The notes under the pieces were generated by a model. That model did no database searches. It saw only the letters and a program-made list of their open reading frames with translations, and was not told where the DNA came from. Shown piece after piece: positions 10,556-17,930 of a DNA stretch of 64,000 bases (position 1 is the first letter of the stretch; each line of letters starts with the position of its first letter). The stretch covers positions 1,786-65,785 of the forward strand of contig MWCB01000001.1 of NCBI GenBank assembly GCA_002069815.1. The letters are read 5' to 3'. The stretch comes from Tenericutes bacterium ADurb.Bin239. GTDB taxonomy: Bacteria; Bacillota_I; Bacilli_A; RFN20; CAG-826. A program made the translations under genes and the position numbers.

Positions 10556-11723
10556 GAAAAAACTTTTTTTGACTTTGTTATTACTACCCTTACTTTTTGG
10601 CTGTGACAATAAAAAATCAAGTTCTAGCACGGAAAAAAACGAGTCGTCTAGCGTTTCAACTGTGGAAACAATACAACTAGAAACGCCGATACCCGAATAT
10701 AGTGTGGGAATGGTAAGTTGGTTACCAATTGAAAACGCTGACAGATACGAAATAGTGCTTAATAATGATCACTACCAAACTACGGAAACTAGTTTTAGCA
10801 TTGAAGAATTTGGGGCGTATACTTTTAAGATCAAAGCCGTTGCCCTTACTCTCTCCATGTTTACTGATTCACCATGGTCCGCGGAAATATCATTTGAATA
10901 TAAAGCATCAGATTTGCCGGCAATGTTTCTTGCAACTTCTTATCTTCGTTTACAAATGGGGGAAACTTATACTATTGTGGCCAAAGATATCGACGAAAAT
11001 ATTCTTGATGGTTTAACTTTTAGGGGTTATGATATTAGCTCAATCGTGATTGATGATAACGGAGTGGTTACGCCTGAGTACCCTGCTCTTAATTATGTTG
11101 AGGTGCGAAAAGATCGTTATAAAACGGCGACTATGTATATTGAAGTTGTGCCCACTCTTTCTTCAAATCTTGGTCATGAGATTGAAATGATGGTTGGTGA
11201 AGCTTTTGATCTTGATATCCAAAGTTTACCGGCGCTGAAAGAAAGTGATTTATTAACTTATGAAAGTAGTGATCCTGAAGTATGTTTTGTTGGTGATACG
11301 GGCATTATTAGTGCCGTTAAAGTTGGAATTGCTACTATTGATGTTGCGTGCTCAAACGGTGGAACCACAACTATTGTCGTTAATGTTATTCCGCTGATTC
11401 CCGCAACTATTACTTTCACCGTCACCATACCAGCGGCACTTGCGGACAATTACGCTATTTATTTAGTGGGTTCCTTTAATGATTGGGCGCCACTTGATCC
11501 TAACTACTTATTCGTGAAAACGGATAATCCGCTTGTGTACATAGGCACATTTTCGACCTTTAATATCCGCACGGTCATTAACTACAAATATATATTAAAA
11601 ACACCAAGTAGTTATTGTTGGGAAGAATATAATCATGATGTGATGGCTAATCGGCCACTGCGTATTACCGAAATCGAAATGCAAGTATATGATACAGTGA
11701 CGGTTTGGCAACCGGAAGTATAA
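10542..11723 (+). CDS. Surface lipoprotein with Fn3-like module, Big_2-like Ig domains and a C-terminal CBM20/CBM48-like glycan-binding module
   Basis: 393 aa. Lipobox LLFGC. The same Fn3-like module as the 1206 aa protein (VSWLPIENADRYEIVLNN). Big_2-like ISAVKVGIATIDV. C-terminal IYLVGSFNDWAP resembles starch/glycogen-binding modules. The start overlaps the upstream stop. Confidence 0.75.
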   Translation: MKMSKKKLFLTLLLLPLLFGCDNKKSSSSTEKNESSSVSTVETIQLETPIPEYSVGMVSWLPIENADRYEIVLNNDHYQTTETSFSIEEFGAYTFKIKAVALTLSMFTDSPWSAEISFEYKASDLPAMFLATSYLRLQMGETYTIVAKDIDENILDGLTFRGYDISSIVIDDNGVVTPEYPALNYVEVRKDRYKTATMYIEVVPTLSSNLGHEIEMMVGEAFDLDIQSLPALKESDLLTYESSDPEVCFVGDTGIISAVKVGIATIDVACSNGGTTTIVVNVIPLIPATITFTVTIPAALADNYAIYLVGSFNDWAPLDPNYLFVKTDNPLVYIGTFSTFNIRTVINYKYILKTPSSYCWEEYNHDVMANRPLRITEIEMQVYDTVTVWQPEV

Positions 11724-11745
11724 TAAATATCATCGTTTGCCTACG

Positions 11746-11777
11746 AAAAAAGCGACTTTTCACTAGGTCGCTTTTTA
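11746..11777 (+). terminator. Rho-independent terminator of the surface-protein operon
   Basis: AAAAAGCGAC-(loop)-GTCGCTTTTT hairpin with a U-tract about 25 nt after the stop at 11723. Confidence 0.7.
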
Positions 11778-11814
11778 ACATATAAGTTTATCTTGTTCGA
11801 GCCTTAATTTTGGC

Positions 11815-11830
11815 TTAATTTTAGGGAACA
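11815..11830. repeat. 16-nt direct repeat copy 1 (TTAATTTTAGGGAACA), 13 nt from the 3' end of tRNA-Gly(CCC)
   Basis: Identical 16-mer at the same 13-nt distance from the second tRNA-Gly (16930-16945). Confidence 0.7.
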
Positions 11831-11843
11831 AGTTCAATTTAAG

Positions 11844-11917
11844 TGGAGCAGCTGACGGGAATCGAACCCGCACGGTTAGCTTGGGAAGCTAAAGTTCTAC
11901 CACTAAACTACAGCTGC
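11844..11917 (-). tRNA. tRNA-Gly (anticodon CCC)
   Basis: The minus strand reads GCAGCTGTAGTTTAGTGGTAGAACTTTAGCTTCCCAAGCTAACCGTGCGGGTTCGATTCCCGTCAGCTGCTCCA. It has a 7-bp acceptor stem, a GGTTCGATTCC T-arm, anticodon arm TTAGC/TTCCCAA/GCTAA and an encoded CCA. Confidence 0.85.
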
Positions 11918-11948
11918 GTATTTTTATTATACAAAAAAAGAACAAAGA

Positions 11949-12533
11949 CTATAACATAAAGCGCTTTTTAAATTCACGGAAAAAGTTAATACGAAGGATT
12001 ATCGCTGTACTTAAGAAAATGGCGAGCGCAACACTGATTGAGACAATCATCGCCCACTCAAGCGGCCGTCCCTTGCGGAGATAGAGCGCGACAGCACTAA
12101 AGACAATCGAAATTACGACAAAGATTAAAAGAGGAAAGAAATTTTGTTTTTGGCGAGCAATATTACTAAAGAATAAAGTTGCCGTCGTTATAAGTCCGGC
12201 TACAACGACGAGCGATGCAACTTCAATGCCAGGCCACTTTGGAAATATAAGATAAATGATAACAATTAAAATCGTGATGTGGATTGATGTTTTAACAGCA
12301 ATGCTTGTACGATTATGTTCCACTAAAGTTGGGGTAAAGACAAATGACCATATCATCCATAAACTCCAGATGGCAATTACACTCCACGCTGGACCACCAA
12401 CTAAAATATTAACTAAACCACACACAAAGGCCGCTAAAAGGAAGGGGAACTTCGCCCAGTAAATAGCGTTCCGCCGTAAGTCGCGGCGAATATTTTTAGC
12501 GGGATACACGACTTTTATGTTCATATAAGGCAC
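11949..12533 (-). CDS. Small polytopic membrane protein, co-transcribed with the HxxxD acyltransferase
   Basis: 194 aa with about 5-6 TM helices. The start overlaps the end of the upstream gene (12496-12533). Confidence 0.6.
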   Translation of the reverse strand: MPYMNIKVVYPAKNIRRDLRRNAIYWAKFPFLLAAFVCGLVNILVGGPAWSVIAIWSLWMIWSFVFTPTLVEHNRTSIAVKTSIHITILIVIIYLIFPKWPGIEVASLVVVAGLITTATLFFSNIARQKQNFFPLLIFVVISIVFSAVALYLRKGRPLEWAMIVSISVALAIFLSTAIILRINFFREFKKRFML

Positions 12534-14007
12534 TTCCTTCGATATTTATTTGTAAGTTATCACGCATTAAGAGCCGATAAAGTTCCTCTTCAAAGGAAGG
12601 ATCTTTGGTACTCTTGGTAATAGTTAAAGTGGCAATTTTGTTAAAAGTAACTAAAGTAATGGCCGCTCGATTAACTTCTGGTGGTCCTAAAACGAAATCG
12701 TAACTCTCGATATAGTCATTGAAGTGACTAGGCGCACTAACGACCCCTAAGTTACTAAAAGTGGTCGTAAAGATTGCTTCCCCCATTAACCCATACGCCA
12801 TTTTAGCAATCGGTGATTTAAGGAAAAGGGGAAAACCGCGCATATCCTTATTCATCCGATAAGTTGAATACATCATCTCACTCATTTTTTCATAACTCGT
12901 ACCCGTCGCAAGCTGTTCTTTAACGAGAGGTAAGGCATCTTCCACATTGGTAATGTCATTGATGGGGAAGCGGATACTTCCATAAAGCGAGAAATTAGCG
13001 AGAGTGTTCGACGGATAATATTTTCTTAAATCAACGGGTACTTGGATTGCAATATCCCCACTATTAGCATCAGTTGCGTAGCGACTTGCAATAAGCAAAA
13101 GCGCTAAAACATAAGCGGTGATGGTTACTCCATAACTTTTAGCGGTTGTATATAATTCATCAGCGTTAAGTCGAAAGTGTAAGATTTGAGTAGGTCGAAT
13201 ATTCGCAATCTTGCCACTCATTTGTAGGGCGCGCTTTTCTTTAAACCCGCTTCGCTTTGTTACCGTTGTGCGTTTAAATTCATTAGCGTCTTCTTCTGGT
13301 AAAGGGGGCCCATTAATATCTAAAACACTAGGATGAGCGCTACTTTCGACGCCAAAGAGCCGAAGATAAGTGTCAAGCAATGTTTGTAAGAAAATCATGC
13401 CGCCACGGCCATCAGTTAAACAATGGAAAAACTCAACACTAACTCGGTTTTTGTAATATAAAACACGGAATGATTTCGAACCAGTAGTTGCAACTTTAAT
13501 CGGACGACACGGTAAGTGTTCTTCTTTTTCAATCGCATATCGTTGTTTATTTGCATCTAAATAATGCCAAAAGAATCCTTTTTTTAAGGTTGTGGCAAAG
13601 CGCGGAAATCGTTTAATGGTAAAGGTCAGGGCAATTTGTAGTAACTCAGGAACAACTTCATCAAGTAAATTAGCCGATAAACGGAACACGGCTTGAAAGC
13701 CATGTTTCATTGACAAAGGATAAATTTTAGCCGCGTCATCAAGGGCGTAATATAAAAGGGGAGGGCGAGCGTAAAAGCCCCCGAGATTTTCATTATCTAA
13801 GCGGCGCATCGCTTCTTTGGGAGCGACACCGATGGCATTAAAGTACATCAGGGCCTGTTCCAAGTCTTTACGGAGTTTCTTTTCCTCGCTTAACGGTAAA
13901 CTCATATGTTGTTTAAAGTTCACCATAAAAGCTTTTACGGCCGCAGCCTCACCTTCATTTAAGTGATTTAAATATTCAATAAATTGACTTACTTTTCGTT
14001 TTCTCAT
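12496..14007 (-). CDS. HxxxD-type acyltransferase (condensation / alcohol acyltransferase-like superfamily)
   Basis: 503 aa. FFHCLTDGRGG matches the HxxxDG catalytic motif of condensation, WS/DGAT and PapA5-type acyltransferases. No adenylation or carrier domains. Confidence 0.6.
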   Translation of the reverse strand: MRKRKVSQFIEYLNHLNEGEAAAVKAFMVNFKQHMSLPLSEEKKLRKDLEQALMYFNAIGVAPKEAMRRLDNENLGGFYARPPLLYYALDDAAKIYPLSMKHGFQAVFRLSANLLDEVVPELLQIALTFTIKRFPRFATTLKKGFFWHYLDANKQRYAIEKEEHLPCRPIKVATTGSKSFRVLYYKNRVSVEFFHCLTDGRGGMIFLQTLLDTYLRLFGVESSAHPSVLDINGPPLPEEDANEFKRTTVTKRSGFKEKRALQMSGKIANIRPTQILHFRLNADELYTTAKSYGVTITAYVLALLLIASRYATDANSGDIAIQVPVDLRKYYPSNTLANFSLYGSIRFPINDITNVEDALPLVKEQLATGTSYEKMSEMMYSTYRMNKDMRGFPLFLKSPIAKMAYGLMGEAIFTTTFSNLGVVSAPSHFNDYIESYDFVLGPPEVNRAAITLVTFNKIATLTITKSTKDPSFEEELYRLLMRDNLQINIEGSALYEHKSRVSR

Positions 14008-14068
14008 GGCAATGTTAATTATATCATGACTATAAAATCATGAATTTGTGAACATATTTTGATATTTA

Positions 14069-14419
14069 TTACTTTTTAGGTTTAAGGGGATAAATACCGC
14101 TGACAGGTAAAGTAAACATAAAGCCAACAACTTGTTTTTTGCAGCCAGCAACGATATCTTGAACAGCTTTAACAACCTGACTAACTTTTTCGGTCTCGGG
14201 AATAACAGTGAAAATCGTTTTTGAATTCTTTTGGTCGTTTTCCAGTGACCGCGCAAAAGGACCAGCAAGTAAGGATAAAAGTCCTTCATTTTGCATGATC
14301 GCCGCCGCCATTCCTTGCGAATCAATAATAGTAGCGCCCCGAACTTGTAAGTCGATAAACTTTTCTAAAATACGATCTAAATACGATAAATCATTTAAAA
14401 CAATAAATAAGATTTGCAT
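14069..14419 (-). CDS. Small PII-like (possibly DarA/PstA-like) regulatory protein
   Basis: 116 aa with a beta-alpha-beta x2 pattern (QILFIVLND / LDRILEKFIDLQV / GATIIDSQG ... TIFTVIPE / VSQVVKAVQDIV / GFMFTLPV). Starts 2 nt after the antiporter stop. Confidence 0.5.
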   Translation of the reverse strand: MQILFIVLNDLSYLDRILEKFIDLQVRGATIIDSQGMAAAIMQNEGLLSLLAGPFARSLENDQKNSKTIFTVIPETEKVSQVVKAVQDIVAGCKKQVVGFMFTLPVSGIYPLKPKK

Positions 14420-14421
14420 AA

Positions 14422-15768
14422 TTATGCTCCTTTCTCCGTTAATTCAACACCTTCAAGGCTTGATAATTTTTCAAGGCGATCAAGACCTCCAATTTCGCCA
14501 GCTTTACTAATGGCAAACTTCGCAAAGACAGGTCCCATTGTTTCATACACTAATACTGATAACATTATTATAGTCGAAATTGCGGGATACATGGGTGCCA
14601 TTTGTGTATAAACAATTGCAAGTAACCCAATGGAGACCCCACCTTGCGGTAATAATGCAATACCTAAATACTTTTTAACAGTGGATTCGGCCTTAACGGC
14701 ATTAGCCCCTACGACGATACCAATCCACTTCCCAAAACCGCGGGCTAAGATATAAACCCCAGCAATTAAGAGTAAGAGCGGGGTTGTGCCTAAAATAGCT
14801 AAGTCTAATCCTGCTCCAGCGAGCGTAAAGAATAAGACATAGAACGGGGTGGCAAAGTCATTAATGGCATTAAAGGTCCGTTCGGGCTTTCGTGAAATAT
14901 TGGCAATCATTGAACCAATCATAATATTCGATAATAACTGACTAAATGATAAGCCGTGTGGTTCAAGGAAATAGTTAATTAAATAAGTTAGACCAATCAC
15001 TCCCATAACGGCAATAAGGGCGAGCACTTGTAAGTCATCACGAATCCGGTCAAATTTATTCGCTAAGATTGATAAGAGCCAGCCAATTACCATCCCTAGA
15101 GCGATCGAACCAAATACTTCAATAAATGGTTTTAAGATCATAAGCCACACGGGGGGTAAGGGACCAGTGGGCGCTAAGATTTGGGCAAAAGAAATAAAGA
15201 ATCCAAATACAACAATACCAAAAATATCATCAAGGGCAGTAATTGGTAAAATCGCACGAGTGACAGGACCATAAGCTCGATATTGCCTGATAACCATTAA
15301 AGTGGCAGCGGGCGCGGTTGCCGCACTCATTGACGCTAAGATTAAACCAAAAGCGACATTAACGTTACTAAACGGATTGTAACCATCGGGCATAATAGCA
15401 GCGGGCTTTGGTAAAAAGAACATCGCCGCAAAGACAACTAAAACGGCACCTAACACTTCGGTCGTGGTCATCACTAAGATTGGTTTACCGACCCGTTTAA
15501 TCGATTTGATACTAAACTCAGCCCCAATTGAAAAAGCGATAAAGGCAAGCGCAATTTGGCTAATAAAGCTTAGACTATCACTATCTTTAACCGTAATTAT
15601 GCCGCCAAAGCCTTTGAAAATGAGACCCATTGAAGGTCCAAGTAAAAGACCAAAAATTAAATAACCAGAAACGTTTGGTAATTTTAATTTTCGGGTCACA
15701 AGTGAGCCGACAAAACCGACGGCAAGCACTATGGAAAGTTTTAGAATTAAAACAAAAATTTCATTCAT
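14422..15768 (-). CDS. Monovalent cation:proton antiporter (CPA2 / Kef-type Na+(K+)/H+ exchanger family), no fused RCK domain
   Basis: 448 aa with about 12-13 TM helices. The N-terminal GYLIFGLLLGPS-type segment is typical of the Na_H_Exchanger family. Confidence 0.75.
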   Translation of the reverse strand: MNEIFVLILKLSIVLAVGFVGSLVTRKLKLPNVSGYLIFGLLLGPSMGLIFKGFGGIITVKDSDSLSFISQIALAFIAFSIGAEFSIKSIKRVGKPILVMTTTEVLGAVLVVFAAMFFLPKPAAIMPDGYNPFSNVNVAFGLILASMSAATAPAATLMVIRQYRAYGPVTRAILPITALDDIFGIVVFGFFISFAQILAPTGPLPPVWLMILKPFIEVFGSIALGMVIGWLLSILANKFDRIRDDLQVLALIAVMGVIGLTYLINYFLEPHGLSFSQLLSNIMIGSMIANISRKPERTFNAINDFATPFYVLFFTLAGAGLDLAILGTTPLLLLIAGVYILARGFGKWIGIVVGANAVKAESTVKKYLGIALLPQGGVSIGLLAIVYTQMAPMYPAISTIIMLSVLVYETMGPVFAKFAISKAGEIGGLDRLEKLSSLEGVELTEKGA

Positions 15769-15784
15769 AACCTTACCTCACCTA

Positions 15785-15935
15785 AAAATAATTAAATTTC
15801 TTAATTACTCCTATGAGGTTAGCTGGCGGGTTCAGGACATTAAGACTATCCTTACAATATATTTGATTCACCCCAATCGACTTTTGGGTCCCCCACTCAT
15901 AAGGATTCGGAGTCCCCTATATCTTATTAGATATA
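15785..15935 (-). promoter_or_regulatory. c-di-AMP riboswitch (ydaO-yuaA class) with terminator-type expression platform
   Basis: The minus strand reads ...GGGGACUCCGAAUCC..GAGUGGGGGACCCAAAAGUCGAUUGGGGUGAAUC....CCUGAACCCGCCAGCUAACCUCAUAGGAG. These are the conserved blocks of the ydaO motif as I recall it. It is followed by the UAAUUAAGAAAUUUAAUUAUUUUU hairpin/U-tract, an AGGUGAGG RBS and the ATG at 15768. Confidence 0.75.
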
Positions 15936-15984
15936 GTAGTAAATGTCAATGTAATTACGGTTCTTTTGTAATAAAAAGGCAGTT

Positions 15985-16716
15985 TTAGGCCGGTTCTTTC
16001 TTTTTCTTAGTGATTTTTCGGTATATTAAGTCAAATAACGAGACAAAGGTTGAAGTTAACACTAAGGTAACAACCGTAAATACGCCAACTTGGGTAAACT
16101 CTAATGAATCGCCATCAATAATAACAACGGAAATAATCATACCAATGAACGCTAAGATGAGATAAATAGTTTCGGCAATTAATTTAGCGACAAACAAATT
16201 ATTCGTTTTAGTGTTAATAAGCCGCATTATTTCTTCAGGTGGTCCCGCGGGATACTCAGTTACGATAACTAAGAAGACACCAAAAGACACTATTACTATT
16301 CCAAGAAAGGAAATAAGGGCTCTAACAAAATAACTACTTTCAAGCGGATTGAAAGTATCAAATAAGATTCCCCACACCGCGATAATAAGCGAAACAAGAA
16401 AGATATTGAGCCACGTAAACACCAGCGCTTTGTTCTTAGTAATAATAAATAAAAGTATTATTGTAAATGTTCCAAATGCTAACGAGGCTATCCCAATCGT
16501 ACTTTTAAGAGTGCTAAAGTCCCCATTTTTGAATAATTGTAAAGAGATACGCGCTAAATAATAATTAAGGGCATCAATGGGGGCGGTTCCCATATTTGTA
16601 TAAATAATAATTTGTACGCCAAAACCAACGATAATAAGACCAATTATATAGACAATCAACTTTATGATAAAGGTTTTATCTAACTTAAATTTGATGTTTT
16701 CTTTTCTATTTTCCAT
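15985..16716 (-). CDS. Polytopic membrane protein (YczE/YitT-like)
   Basis: 243 aa with about 6 TM helices. NMGTAPIDALNYYL resembles the G-x-x-P-x-D-A motif of YczE-type proteins (from memory). Confidence 0.5.
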   Translation of the reverse strand: MENRKENIKFKLDKTFIIKLIVYIIGLIIVGFGVQIIIYTNMGTAPIDALNYYLARISLQLFKNGDFSTLKSTIGIASLAFGTFTIILLFIITKNKALVFTWLNIFLVSLIIAVWGILFDTFNPLESSYFVRALISFLGIVIVSFGVFLVIVTEYPAGPPEEIMRLINTKTNNLFVAKLIAETIYLILAFIGMIISVVIIDGDSLEFTQVGVFTVVTLVLTSTFVSLFDLIYRKITKKKKEPA

Positions 16717-16929
16717 ACCCCGTAATTATAACAACATTCGCCACCTAATTCCATAAACTAACAACGTAAAATTTAGGTAAAAAATAAAAAGACAAATAAT
16801 CCGTAATTTTGATTATCTTTGTGTGGGCCACACAAGAAAAATATCCCTTTCCTTTTGTCTAGGATTTGAGGTACATCTCAAACGGCTAATTTTATTGTAT
16901 TTGTTCCCTTCTATTAGACAGTGGGTTGA

Positions 16930-16945
16930 TTAATTTTAGGGAACA
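16930..16945. repeat. 16-nt direct repeat copy 2 (TTAATTTTAGGGAACA), 13 nt from the 3' end of tRNA-Gly(UCC)
   Basis: Identical to 11815-11830 with the same spacing to the tRNA. Confidence 0.7.
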
Positions 16946-16958
16946 TATTCATCTTGAA

Positions 16959-17032
16959 TGGAGCAGGTGACGGGAATCGAACCCGCGTATTTAGCTTGGA
17001 AGGCTAATGTTCTACCATTGAACTACACCTGC
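16959..17032 (-). tRNA. tRNA-Gly (anticodon UCC)
   Basis: The minus strand reads GCAGGTGTAGTTCAATGGTAGAACATTAGCCTTCCAAGCTAAATACGCGGGTTCGATTCCCGTCACCTGCTCCA, with anticodon loop CUUCCAA. Confidence 0.9.
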
Positions 17033-17041
17033 ATACGTCAC

Positions 17042-17117
17042 TGGCGGACCAGACGGGACTCGAACCCGCGATCTTCTGCGTGACAGGCAGACATGTTAAC
17101 CACTACACTACTGGTCC
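17042..17117 (-). tRNA. tRNA-Asp (anticodon GUC)
   Basis: The minus strand reads GGACCAGTAGTGTAGTGGTTAACATGTCTGCCTGTCACGCAGAAGATCGCGGGTTCGAGTCCCGTCTGGTCCGCCA, with anticodon loop CUGUCAC. Confidence 0.9.
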
Positions 17118-17221
17118 ATTGCTTTACTATTATAGTAAAAATACGATTAATATCAAGTCTTATTATTCATAAAAAGAAAAACCAACGGTTAGGTTGGTTT
17201 CTCATTTACTTTTAGTTATTT

Positions 17222-17884
17222 TTAGAAAAATGTTTTACGCGCTTCAGCTTTAATTTCGGCTGATGTTGCAAACGGAATACGTGTAGTGTAACCTTCTCTT
17301 GCCGCCACAATCATCTTGGTCGGCCAGGCGAAGACATCACTATTCCAACGATTGACGACGTCATTATAAAGTTCACGTGCAGCGGTAATTTCGCGTTGAA
17401 GATAACTGTTTTGTTGCATTGCATCTTGAATCGCTTGATGGGCTTTGAGTTCGGGATAGTTTTCAAAGGCGATATTAAGACGATTGGTAACATCGCCAAC
17501 TTGGCCAGCGACTAAGTTCCGATTTTCATCTAAGGTAGCGCCACTGCGTGCAGCGGCAATGGTAGTAAAGGTATCTTTATCAAGCGCGACCGCCCGATTG
17601 ACTAAACCAACAACGTTATTAAGGATAACGACGCGTTGTTCTAAGTAGTTATCGATTTGACTTGCGTGGTGTTGAATCCGTTGTTGTAATTGTTGGAAGT
17701 GTTTTTTAGCTTGAATCTTCTTAAATAGGAAGATAACGCCCGGAATAATTAGCGGGAACCAGAGTAAGACTTCAAAAAGGGTTGACCCCCATCCTACTTT
17801 CACTGGTAGCTGTTTACTAATTACGTTAACATCATGACCTTCTTTACTAACTGGTCCAGTTAATTCATCTAATTCATTTGCCAT
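17222..17884 (-). CDS. lemA: LemA family membrane protein
   Basis: 220 aa with one N-terminal TM helix. Shows the LemA-type helical region (NRLNIAFENYPELKAHQAIQDAMQQ...EITAARELYNDVVNRWN). Confidence 0.8.
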   Translation of the reverse strand: MANELDELTGPVSKEGHDVNVISKQLPVKVGWGSTLFEVLLWFPLIIPGVIFLFKKIQAKKHFQQLQQRIQHHASQIDNYLEQRVVILNNVVGLVNRAVALDKDTFTTIAAARSGATLDENRNLVAGQVGDVTNRLNIAFENYPELKAHQAIQDAMQQNSYLQREITAARELYNDVVNRWNSDVFAWPTKMIVAAREGYTTRIPFATSAEIKAEARKTFF

Positions 17885-17930
17885 AGTATTTTTCTCCTTT
17901 CTTTAATTATACTATTAATAAATTAATTAA

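Noticed and set aside
14038-14510. ORFs 14038..14325 (-) and 14208..14510 (+) overlapping the PII-like gene.
   Set aside because: They are alternative frames or strands of the better-supported 14069..14419 CDS and the antiporter 3' end. Their composition is basic and low-complexity.
15731-15988. 85 aa + strand ORF.
   Set aside because: It lies across the c-di-AMP riboswitch leader and the antiporter start, so it is explained by the RNA element.
16717-16958. Possible ncRNA in the 240-bp gap downstream of the tRNA pair (hairpins TTGTGTGG/CCACACAA and TTTGAG/CTCAAA).
   Set aside because: The short hairpins have no U-tracts, and nothing resembles any RNA family I can recognise. They are probably tRNA 3' processing or terminator structure plus the promoter of the next gene.
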